Virus record (IMG/VR): IMGVR_UViG_3300010279_000002
Span: 1 to 51,070 of that record
From: a virus
Strand: one strand, 5' to 3'
Length of the DNA stretch: 51,070 nucleotides
The notes under the pieces are model-generated. The model had not been told where the DNA came from. It did no database searches and worked only from the letters and a program-made list of their open reading frames with translations. Position 1 is the stretch's first letter; each line of letters opens with the position of its first letter. Shown piece by piece: positions 34,110-43,400 of this stretch. The position numbers and the translations under genes were made by a program.

Positions 34110-37100
34110 ATGAGCGATATAACAGGCGGTGGTCTTTCGTTCAAATCAACGATGGACAATGAACAAATGGATGCGGCGATCGCGGAAACCTTGCGCCGTG
34201 TTCAGGGCTTTTCAGACGCGACCGTAGCCGGGGGCGCGGCCATTGGTTCCGCTTTTGCCGGAACGGCCGATGACATCCGGCAAGCGCTTTCAGAGATTGG
34301 TGAAGCATGTGAGGCTCATGAGACCGAAATCGCCCGATTACAAGCCAAATATGAAACTTTGGAGGGCAAGTTGGGAAAGGCGTTTGATGAGGGGCGGGAT
34401 GATGAGTTATTCGCATTGCAAGAGGAACGGGCGGCCATCAAGGGGTCAATCGCCATCCATGAGAATCTTTTGAAAGAATACCGGCGGGCGTCTGACGAGC
34501 TTGAAACCTATGCGAGCCACATAGAGGAATCGGCCAATGAAGCGGGGAAAGCCGGTGATAGGCATGTCACCTTGCGCACCAAAATCAGGGAATTGCGCGA
34601 GGAGATGATTGAAATGGAAATGGCCGGGCAAAGGGGGACGGCCGAATACCACGCATTGCAGGAGGAGGTGGGGCGGCTCACTGATGCCTATGGCGATGCC
34701 ACGGCACAGGCGAACATCCTTGCCCATGACCAAAGGGGCATGCAGGGCTTGATTTCGGCTTTTTCAGGCGTTTCCGGGGCGGCATCGGCCGCACAGGGTG
34801 CATTGTCCTTGTTCGGCACGGAGAATGAGAATATCCAAAAGGTGATGTTGAAAGTGCAATCCCTCATGGCCATCACCGTGGGTCTGCAACAGGTGCAACA
34901 GACCTTGGACAAGGATTCGGCATTTCAGCTTGTCACCCTCAATGGCCTGAAAGATGTGTGGGCGAAGATGGTTGCGGCCGCCACGGGTGCGGAGACCGCG
35001 GAGACGGCGGCGGTCACGGCAGAAACGGCCGCGGAGACCGCCAATGCCACGGCCACGGGTGCGGCCACGGCCGCAAAGAATGCAAAGGCGGCGGCATCCG
35101 AAAGTGCGGCAGTGGCATCAGGTGTGGAAGCCGCGGCACAAACGGCCGAAACGGGTGCGGCGGTTGCTGGAACGGCCGCGAACATAACCCTTGCGGGGGC
35201 ATTCAGGGCGGTGGGCGTTGCCATCAAGTCTATCCCGGTGTTCGGGTGGATAATTGCTGGTGTCACGGCCTTGGTGAGCGCAATTTCCCTTTTATCCAAG
35301 AAAGCGCGTGAAGCGAAAAAGGCGCAAGAGGAATTTTCCAAGTCCATGATAGAGAATTCTTACAAGCCCATCGGCCGCATCCAACAGCTATCAAATGCAT
35401 GGCAAGAATTGGGCGACAACATCGAAGAAAAAAACAAGTTCATTGAACATAACAAGAAAGCCTTTGATGAACTTGGGGTGGCGGTCAAGGGTGTCACGGA
35501 TGCCGAAAACTTGCTTGTGGCCAACAAGGATGCATTCATCCAAGCCCAAGTCGCAAAGGCCAAATCAATGGTGTACTTCGAACAGACCCATGAAAAGGTC
35601 AAGCAACTCATGAAGCTGGAAGAGCAATACAACGCCATGCACGACAAGGTGCAAAGAACCGTCTATATGGGCGGCACTGCCGGCGGTGGAAGTTCCATCA
35701 CTTATGAGGTGGACAACACAAAGAAAGAGAAGAAAAAGGCCGAAATCGACGCATTGCGCAAGGAAATAACCGATGGATATACCAATGCCACGAAAGAGGA
35801 AAAAGCGGGGCTTGATGCCTTGAATAATGCCGGAATCGAAGCCGCCGGTTCCTATGCAGATGGGACGGTGGGGGCGATTGAGCAAGCCATAGCAAAGAAG
35901 CAAACGGCCTTGAAAATCCTTACCAATGCCGAAGACTACAAGGCCGGCTTGAAAGAGATTGAGGATTTGCAAAAGCAACTTGCCAATATCACGGGTGGCA
36001 CAAAGACATCCGGTATGACCAAAGACCCGTTCAAGGAGAAACTCGACAAGATGCGGTCGGAATATCAGAGATTCGCCAAATGGGTCAATTCAGGTGATGC
36101 CATTCTTGTCCGTTCCGCCAATCAGGAATTTGCCGGTCTATTGAAAGAGGGCGCGACTTATATTGATTATCTAAAACGCCAAAGGGATTTGATTCTTGAG
36201 GTGGATGTGGCGAACCGCACAAAGGCGCAGAATGCCCAATTGCGCTCATTGAATGATGCCATCGCGGAGGAAACCCGAAAGACCGTTCTTGACACATTCA
36301 ACACCGAATTGAATGATGCCCTGTCCAATGCAAAGACGGCCATTGACATGCTCAACATCATTGAGCAAAAGCGTAAGGAATTGGCTAATGACGGCACGGA
36401 AGTGGACGCGGCAAAGGGTCAAGCCCTTGATGAAGCCGAACAATCCGCAAAGGATAAATTGGCGCAGGACACGGCCGCATTGCTTGAAGATTATGCCGGC
36501 TATGCCGAAAAGCGCAAGGCCATTGATGAACGGTACAATTCCGACATCGCATTGCTCAACAAAGCCCGGATTGAAGCCCAAACGGATGCCGAAAGGCAAG
36601 CCATTGAAGAAGCCATCGCCAACCGAAACCGCCAATATCAGAATGACATGAGGGGTTCGGGCAATGCCGACTATGAGGCCATGTTGTCTGAATATGGGTC
36701 TTTTGAGCAAAAGAAACAGGCCATCATTGACGAATATGACGAAATGCGGCGCATCGCTCAGGAACAGGGCAACACGGAAATGATGAACCGTCTGAATGAT
36801 GCGCAAGCAAAGGCCATTTCCGCACTTGCCACATCGGAACTGACCAGCACGGAGATATGGACAAACCTTTTCAGCAACCTTGATGAACTCACGGCATCGG
36901 AGATAGAGACCCTTATCACTGAAATAGAAAGCAGGTTCGATGACCTTTCCGGGGTGTTCAATCCCATTGACTTGCAGCAAGTCCGGGAAAAGCTGAATGA
37001 AGCGAAAGCCGTCTTGATGCAAGACAATCCGTTCAAACAAATGGGTCAGGCAATCAAGGCCATCTTCAAGGACGCGGGGGATGATTCCAAGACATCGGCT

Positions 37101-38279
37101 GAGAAAATCAAGAAGAATTGGAAGAAATTGGGGGAAAGTACGGAAGCATCGTTCAAGTTCGTGGTCGATGCCGTCAATTCTTGTGATTTTCTCAAGGAAG
37201 CCATCGGTGATGTGGGCGCGACTGCCATATCATCCATGACAACAGTGGCGGCCACATCCATTGCGGTGGCCACGGCTATCAAGACGGCCGAAAAGTCAAG
37301 TGTCATCCTTGCCATCATCCAAGCGGCGCTTGTGGCGGTGCAAGCCGTTGTCAATGTGGTGAAGTCCATCGTGGGCAATCAGGATGCGAAGCTGGAAAAG
37401 CAAATCCAAAAGTGGAAAGGTGCGGTGGATGACCTGAAAAACGCCTATGCGCAATTGTCATGGGAGATAGACAAGGCATTAGGTGGTGATGTCTATAAAT
37501 CCCAACAAGAGGCCATCAAGAACATGCAGACCCAACAGGCGAATCTTTTGAGGATGCAACAGGCCGAAAGGGAGAAAAAGAAGTCCGATTCTGACAAAAT
37601 CCGGGATTACAAGGAACAATATGCCGAATTGACCCGCCAAATCGAAGACATGTATGACGAGATAGCCAATGACATCTTGCAGACCACGGCAAAGGATTTT
37701 GCGGATGAATTGGGTGATGCCCTTGCTGAAGCCTTTGAAAAGGGTGAAGACGCTTCGAAAGCCTTTGAGGAAACGGTCAATGATGTCTTGAGGAATACGA
37801 TCGTCAACCAGTTGAAAAAGAATTTCCTTGAAAAGCAGTTGCAAAGCGCGTTGGACAATCTGCAAGATTCGATGGGGTATTGGAACGGGGACAATTTTAT
37901 CTTCAATGGCCTGACGGATGCGGACATACAGCAGTTCAAGGCAAAGGTGGCGGCCGCGAAGGACGGCTACATGCAAGCGATGGAGATTTACAAGAGCTTG
38001 TTCAAGGACTTGACTGGCGAGGAGGAAACGGAAGATTCCCTTTCCGGCGCGGTAAAGGGCGTGACCGAGGAAACCGCGAACATCGTTGCCGGGCAACTCA
38101 ATGCCATCAGGGTCAATCAGGTGGAAGCCGCGGACATCATGCGTCAACAGCTCATGTCCCTGAATCAGATTGCCAACAATACGGCATACAACTATCACCT
38201 TGCCAAACTTGACCGTGTTGTTTCCTTGCTTGAAAGCATGGGGGCCGAAGGGACAATGAGGGCGCAGGGTCTTTCATAA
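34110..38279 (+). CDS. Tape measure protein
   Basis: 1389 aa with long coiled coils, an Ala/Thr-rich repeat (AETAETAAVTAETAAETANATATGAATAAK) and hydrophobic segments. Confidence 0.9.
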   Translation: MSDITGGGLSFKSTMDNEQMDAAIAETLRRVQGFSDATVAGGAAIGSAFAGTADDIRQALSEIGEACEAHETEIARLQAKYETLEGKLGKAFDEGRDDELFALQEERAAIKGSIAIHENLLKEYRRASDELETYASHIEESANEAGKAGDRHVTLRTKIRELREEMIEMEMAGQRGTAEYHALQEEVGRLTDAYGDATAQANILAHDQRGMQGLISAFSGVSGAASAAQGALSLFGTENENIQKVMLKVQSLMAITVGLQQVQQTLDKDSAFQLVTLNGLKDVWAKMVAAATGAETAETAAVTAETAAETANATATGAATAAKNAKAAASESAAVASGVEAAAQTAETGAAVAGTAANITLAGAFRAVGVAIKSIPVFGWIIAGVTALVSAISLLSKKAREAKKAQEEFSKSMIENSYKPIGRIQQLSNAWQELGDNIEEKNKFIEHNKKAFDELGVAVKGVTDAENLLVANKDAFIQAQVAKAKSMVYFEQTHEKVKQLMKLEEQYNAMHDKVQRTVYMGGTAGGGSSITYEVDNTKKEKKKAEIDALRKEITDGYTNATKEEKAGLDALNNAGIEAAGSYADGTVGAIEQAIAKKQTALKILTNAEDYKAGLKEIEDLQKQLANITGGTKTSGMTKDPFKEKLDKMRSEYQRFAKWVNSGDAILVRSANQEFAGLLKEGATYIDYLKRQRDLILEVDVANRTKAQNAQLRSLNDAIAEETRKTVLDTFNTELNDALSNAKTAIDMLNIIEQKRKELANDGTEVDAAKGQALDEAEQSAKDKLAQDTAALLEDYAGYAEKRKAIDERYNSDIALLNKARIEAQTDAERQAIEEAIANRNRQYQNDMRGSGNADYEAMLSEYGSFEQKKQAIIDEYDEMRRIAQEQGNTEMMNRLNDAQAKAISALATSELTSTEIWTNLFSNLDELTASEIETLITEIESRFDDLSGVFNPIDLQQVREKLNEAKAVLMQDNPFKQMGQAIKAIFKDAGDDSKTSAEKIKKNWKKLGESTEASFKFVVDAVNSCDFLKEAIGDVGATAISSMTTVAATSIAVATAIKTAEKSSVILAIIQAALVAVQAVVNVVKSIVGNQDAKLEKQIQKWKGAVDDLKNAYAQLSWEIDKALGGDVYKSQQEAIKNMQTQQANLLRMQQAEREKKKSDSDKIRDYKEQYAELTRQIEDMYDEIANDILQTTAKDFADELGDALAEAFEKGEDASKAFEETVNDVLRNTIVNQLKKNFLEKQLQSALDNLQDSMGYWNGDNFIFNGLTDADIQQFKAKVAAAKDGYMQAMEIYKSLFKDLTGEEETEDSLSGAVKGVTEETANIVAGQLNAIRVNQVEAADIMRQQLMSLNQIANNTAYNYHLAKLDRVVSLLESMGAEGTMRAQGLS

Positions 38280-38288
38280 TTCAAGGAT

Positions 38289-38804
38289 ATGAGGATTGAA
38301 CAGAAACTTTTGAGGATGGCCGCCCGGCAAGATGCATGTCGGGCCGGCCTTGACAAGCTGGCCGGGATGACCGACCGCAATGACATGGTGAATCTTTACT
38401 TTGAAAACATTGATTTCTGTCTGTCAAAGGACTTTCCTGAAAATGCCGTTATCGCGGCCAATTTCGGGGACATCATCAACGAATGGGGGATTTACCTTAA
38501 CAACTCGTTTGAAGTCCTGAATCGGCCTAAAATCGTGCTTCTTGGGGCAAGTCATGGCCGTGTTCGGATTGACGGCTACAATGTGGCTGAAATATTCGTC
38601 AAGCATGATTCCGTCATTGACTTAACGGCATCCGGGAATGCATTTGTGATGGTGGACATGTTCGATGACACGATATTGGAGATTCACGCATCCGACCGGG
38701 CAAAAGTGTGCGTGAACCACTATGGGGGTGAAATCCATCAGGAAAGGATGGGTGAGGCCATTGTCAGAATCAGAGAGAAACAAAAAAAAGACTTATTGAT
38801 ATGA
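38289..38804 (+). CDS. Hypothetical protein between the tape measure and Dit genes
   Basis: 171-aa ORF with an ATG start. Confidence 0.5.
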   Translation: MRIEQKLLRMAARQDACRAGLDKLAGMTDRNDMVNLYFENIDFCLSKDFPENAVIAANFGDIINEWGIYLNNSFEVLNRPKIVLLGASHGRVRIDGYNVAEIFVKHDSVIDLTASGNAFVMVDMFDDTILEIHASDRAKVCVNHYGGEIHQERMGEAIVRIREKQKKDLLI

Positions 38805-40009
38805 ACACCAATAACATCTTGAATCTACCTTTCGATGAGGGTGATGGCTCTTTGGTTGCTTATGATTACAGCCAAAGCCGTGCGGATGGGGATGTCACCA
38901 ACGCGGCATTCGTGGCCGGAAAGAACGGCAATGCCATCAAGTTCACCGGGAGCGGATATTGTGAATTGTCGAAAGGCATCTTTGCGACCATCGGGGGCGC
39001 GGATTTTTCCATCCTCTTTTGGTTGCAATCCCTTGAAGTGGAGACCGGAAGCCCCACAAAGGGCATCTGGGTGCTGAATTTCGGGGGGCTGAACAACTTT
39101 GTCGAAGTGCCGATTGCGTTGAAGCCGGGTTCCTGGCACTCTGTGGCCATGACGAGGCGCGGCAACACTTTCACATTCTATGTCAATTCATCCATGGTTG
39201 TGACCATCAACCGGACAGGCACATTGCAGGGTATTTCCCTCAATCAAGACTATTATGGTGGTGATTTGTACGGCCTTTGTCTTATGGATGATGTCAAAGT
39301 GTACAACATCGCCTTGTCACAGGCCGAAATCATTGAGGAATTGTTATCCACGAAACAACAGGCATACTGGCTTGATGGCGTGGACTTCAAGGAATATGGC
39401 GTGTATGTGTCTGGGTCTCGCGGCATCCTGAACCGTCCGAAGATGAAAGCCCCGGCGGAGCTTTCGTGGGATAACTATCATGGCAAGGCTGTTGATTTAT
39501 ATCACAAATACCTTGAACCCCGTGAAATCACCCTTGATTGCTTCATCAAGGCTGAATCGAAGAATGCCTTTATCATCGCGGTTTCCCGATTCCAACAGCT
39601 TTTTGACAAGAGAGGAACAAACCGTCTGACCATTGATGTCCATCCGGTGAAGCCCTTGATTTATGAAGTCTATTGTCAGGATGTCATTGATGTCTCCAAG
39701 ACATGGAATGATGCCCTGATGGTCGGAACATTCCAATTGAAGCTGATAGAGCCGGAGCCGGTCAAGAGGATATTGAAGCATATCCGCATTTCGGAAGCCA
39801 CAAAGACTTGCACCATCACAATGACCACGGCGAAGACGGTGAACATCTATTGGGGTGACGGAAGCATTTCGGAAGATGTGTACGGCACGAATAAGACCAT
39901 CACGCATGATTATGCCGCCAACGGCGAATATTATCCCGTCATCGCCGGGTGCATTGATGAAATCGTATCTTTCAACACCAATGCCATTGTCATTTTCACT
40001 AAAATTTAG
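38801..40009 (+). CDS. Evolved distal tail protein: LamG/ConA-like lectin domain + Dit core + PKD-like domain
   Basis: The N-terminus ...AFVAGKNGNAIKFTGSGY...WHSVAMTRRGNTFTFYVN is LamG-like. The middle is paralogous to 40015..40455. The C-terminus IYWGDGS...THDYAANGEYYPVI is PKD-like. Confidence 0.6.
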   Translation: MNTNNILNLPFDEGDGSLVAYDYSQSRADGDVTNAAFVAGKNGNAIKFTGSGYCELSKGIFATIGGADFSILFWLQSLEVETGSPTKGIWVLNFGGLNNFVEVPIALKPGSWHSVAMTRRGNTFTFYVNSSMVVTINRTGTLQGISLNQDYYGGDLYGLCLMDDVKVYNIALSQAEIIEELLSTKQQAYWLDGVDFKEYGVYVSGSRGILNRPKMKAPAELSWDNYHGKAVDLYHKYLEPREITLDCFIKAESKNAFIIAVSRFQQLFDKRGTNRLTIDVHPVKPLIYEVYCQDVIDVSKTWNDALMVGTFQLKLIEPEPVKRILKHIRISEATKTCTITMTTAKTVNIYWGDGSISEDVYGTNKTITHDYAANGEYYPVIAGCIDEIVSFNTNAIVIFTKI

Positions 40010-40014
40010 GAGGT

Positions 40015-40455
40015 ATGGATATAACTTACACTTTCAATTCAGTAAACTTCAATACACATGGTGTTTATGTGTCCGGAAGCAACGGAATGTTAGGATTGCC
40101 ACCTAAAAAGATTGAAATTTTTGAATATCCCGGCGAATCGGGGAATGTACCGGATTTGGTACATGCGCATTTTGATGTGCGCACGATAGAATTGTCTTGC
40201 TTCATCAAGGCGGATTCGGCCGGTGCGCTTACGGCCAAGTTCAATGCTTTCGTTGGAATTTTTGAACAGACATCAACAAAAAGTTTGACGGCAACGATAG
40301 GAAGCGGTTCAAACGCAAAAACATTGTCATTCTTGGTCTATCTGAAAAGCGTTTCGGTCTTGAAGAAAACATTCTGTGATGGACTGAATGTTGGCACTTT
40401 CACATTAACCTTCATTGAACCAGATACATCTATCTATGAGGCAAATAACAGTTAA
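40015..40455 (+). CDS. Distal tail protein (Dit) paralogue
   Basis: 146 aa that aligns with residues about 190-330 of the preceding protein (GVYVSGS.G.L..P...; ..L.CFIKA.S; VGTF.L..IEP). Confidence 0.6.
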   Translation: MDITYTFNSVNFNTHGVYVSGSNGMLGLPPKKIEIFEYPGESGNVPDLVHAHFDVRTIELSCFIKADSAGALTAKFNAFVGIFEQTSTKSLTATIGSGSNAKTLSFLVYLKSVSVLKKTFCDGLNVGTFTLTFIEPDTSIYEANNS

Positions 40456-43400
40456 CAAACCAAACGGTTCAACCATACAATTGTCAAATAAGGAATTGCC
40501 ATGCACCATTGTATCCGCAAGGCAAGAGTGGACATTGAATGGTGGTGATCTGGTCAAGGTGACTGTCAAATCAGCGGTCACATTGGACTTGGGAATCGGT
40601 GATTCGATAAGCGTGTTCGGGCGCATTTACAAGATGAACCGATTGCCAAAGATTACCAAGACAAAAACGCATCTTCTGCAATATGAATGTGAATATGAGG
40701 GCATTCAATATGACCTTTTGCGTGTCACCTATGACTTGACCGTCGAAACCACGAGCAACACCTTGCAGGATGTTTCCGGGGATTCGTTCACGGGCAATCT
40801 GCAAGCATTCATGCGGATTCTCATCGCCAATGCTAACCGTGTCTTTCCCGGGGGCTGGTCTCTCGGGGTGTGTCCCGACACGGATGTGGAGACGAGGACA
40901 TTCGGGGAATCGGACAATTGCCTTTCTGTCTTGCAGGACCTTTGCGACAAGCATGATCTCCAATTTGAGATTGTCCACTCAGGCGGCAAGGCCACGATAA
41001 ACATCAAGCAAGTGGGGCAAATACTACCATATACATTCCAATATGGCAAGGGAAAGGGGCTTTATTCCCTGACAAGAGAGAATGTGTCATCCTCTAACAT
41101 CATCACGCGGTTAAAGGTGCGCGGGTCGGCTGATAACATCACCAACAAATATAGGTCAGACCGTCTCCTGCTTCCGGGCAAGAGCAAATCGACATCCTAC
41201 ATCGAGGATGCCACGGCCATTGCCAAATATGGTGTGTATGAAGCCACGAAGATCTTTGACATCAAGCCGACATTCACGGGGCATGTCGAAACGGTTTCAT
41301 CCATCCTTGAATTTGTGGACACATCCGTCACATTCGACCTCAATGCCGTGGACGGGCAAGGCCAAACCATATATTTGCTTCCGGGTGTGGCGGCGGTCAT
41401 TCATTTCAATTCCGGGAATCTTGCTGGTTATGAATTTGAGATTGCAAAGTATGACCACGCAACGCACAAGTTCAAGTTGAAGAAATACACGGATGCCCGC
41501 GGCGCGGTGTTTCCAAGCGAGACAAGCACGGCATTTCAATTCGCGGCCGGTGATGAATATAAGATTCTGCAAATCACATTGCCCGATGCCCTCATAACGG
41601 CTGCGGAAAACAGGCTGCTGGAGGAAGCGGAAATATACTACAATCAGAACAGTCAGCCGAAAGTCAAATACAGTCTTTCCATCGCGAAAGAATACCTTGA
41701 AAACCTTGTCGGCGGTTCGGGAACGATTGTCAATGTGTTCACACCCGGCGATTACTTGCCAATCAAGGATGATGACATCGGCGTTGACAAGTCCGTCCGC
41801 ATCAAGTCCTTTGAACGGGATTTGATTGAGGAATACAAGTATAACTTGACCATTTCCGACACGGTGACAACGGCCATGATCAACCGTGTAATTTCCGGAT
41901 TGACAGAGATTGACAAGATTATTAAGTTCAATGATTTGCAAGACCCTGCAAGAGCAAGGGCAAATTGGCGCACAAGCCGGGAATTGCTTGACATGGTGTT
42001 CGATAGCGAGGGGGATTATTACACCGAGAAAATCAAGCCGCTTTCCATTGACACGCAATTGCTTTCGGTGGGTGCGAAGTCTATGCAATTCGGTCTTGTG
42101 GGAACTGTCTTTGAGCCGAACTTCGGCGGCAACAAGAATTCAATGAAAGTCACCGGCGGCACGCTTGTTCACTATACCATTGATGTACAACAGGCGGTGT
42201 CGTGGACATTGGCGAACAATACATTCACATTCCAGAACGATTCGGATGCGTTCTATATTTATGCGAAATGCTCAAGGACAACCAACGCCGGAACAATTCT
42301 GTTCAGTACGCAACAAATCCCTTGCGAATCAGAGCCGGATTATTACCATTTCTGGATTGGCGTTCTTCACGCCGTTGATTCCGAAACGGGTGTCCGCGAC
42401 ATCTCATTGTCGTATGGATTCACGATGATAAACGGGCGTTACATCACGACCGGAAGAATCCAAAGCGCGGATGGCAAGAATTACATTGATCTGGATGAAA
42501 ACAAAATCCGTTTCGGCAATGATTCTTGTTACATAGATTGGAATGTGACCCGGAACGGTCAGTTCTCAATGCGCAATGTCAAGATTGTGTCCGGCTCTGG
42601 CGAATCATACGACATCCCGGTCTATCGCGGTGATTGGAAGGATACAACGATGTACTATTCTGGTGATACGGTGACATATTCTGATGGCACTTCATCGGCA
42701 ACATATATGTACATCAATTCGACACCGACAATCGGTCATCTTGTGACAGAAACGGCATATTGGAAGCCTTATGCATCCGGTGGCGCAAAGGGTGACAAGG
42801 GTGACAAGGGTGACAAGGGTGACAAGGGTGACAAGGGTGACAAGGGAGATAAGGGAGATAATGGAGATAATGGAGGCAAGGGAGATGCCGGTGATGATGG
42901 ACAGTCATCATTCAAGTCTATTGTTTTCAAGCGTTCAAGCACAACACCAACAACGCCAACGGGCGGTTCGTATTTATCACCCGTTCCATCCGGATGGAGT
43001 GATGGCGTGCCATCTGGTGAAGCGCAATTGTGGATGTCAACCAGAATCTTCACAAGTGACGGTCTTACCCCACAACAAAACGCTTGGACAACGCCAAGAC
43101 AAGTAACGGACACCGCCGACATTGACTTTGAATTTTCCGCCATTGGAAGCAATCCGGGCAACCCTACAAGCAACCCATCTAATTGGCACAATACGGCAAC
43201 GGCATCCGACATCTGGATGGCGGTGCGCAAGTGCAAGAATGGCACTTGGGGAAGTTGGGAAGTCAGCAAAATCAAAGGCGAAAAAGGTGACCCCGGCGAA
43301 GATGGCGCAAACGGTTCAAGCATCGAAGTTCAATTTTCGGTCAATGGAACATCTTCTTGGCACGCGACATTCCAAACCGGTGACAAGTATATGCGTGAAC

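Noticed and set aside
34925-35347. Antisense and alternative-frame ORFs (Ala/Arg/Pro-rich) inside the tape measure gene
   Set aside because: They are an artefact of the GC-rich GCN-repeat region that encodes the Ala/Thr-rich tract. The 1389-aa forward frame explains the DNA.
42791-42844. Regular 9-bp tandem repeats that might be mistaken for a CRISPR array or other repeat array
   Set aside because: There are no spacers, the repeats are in frame, and they encode Gly-Asp-Lys collagen-like triplets within the tail fibre ORF.
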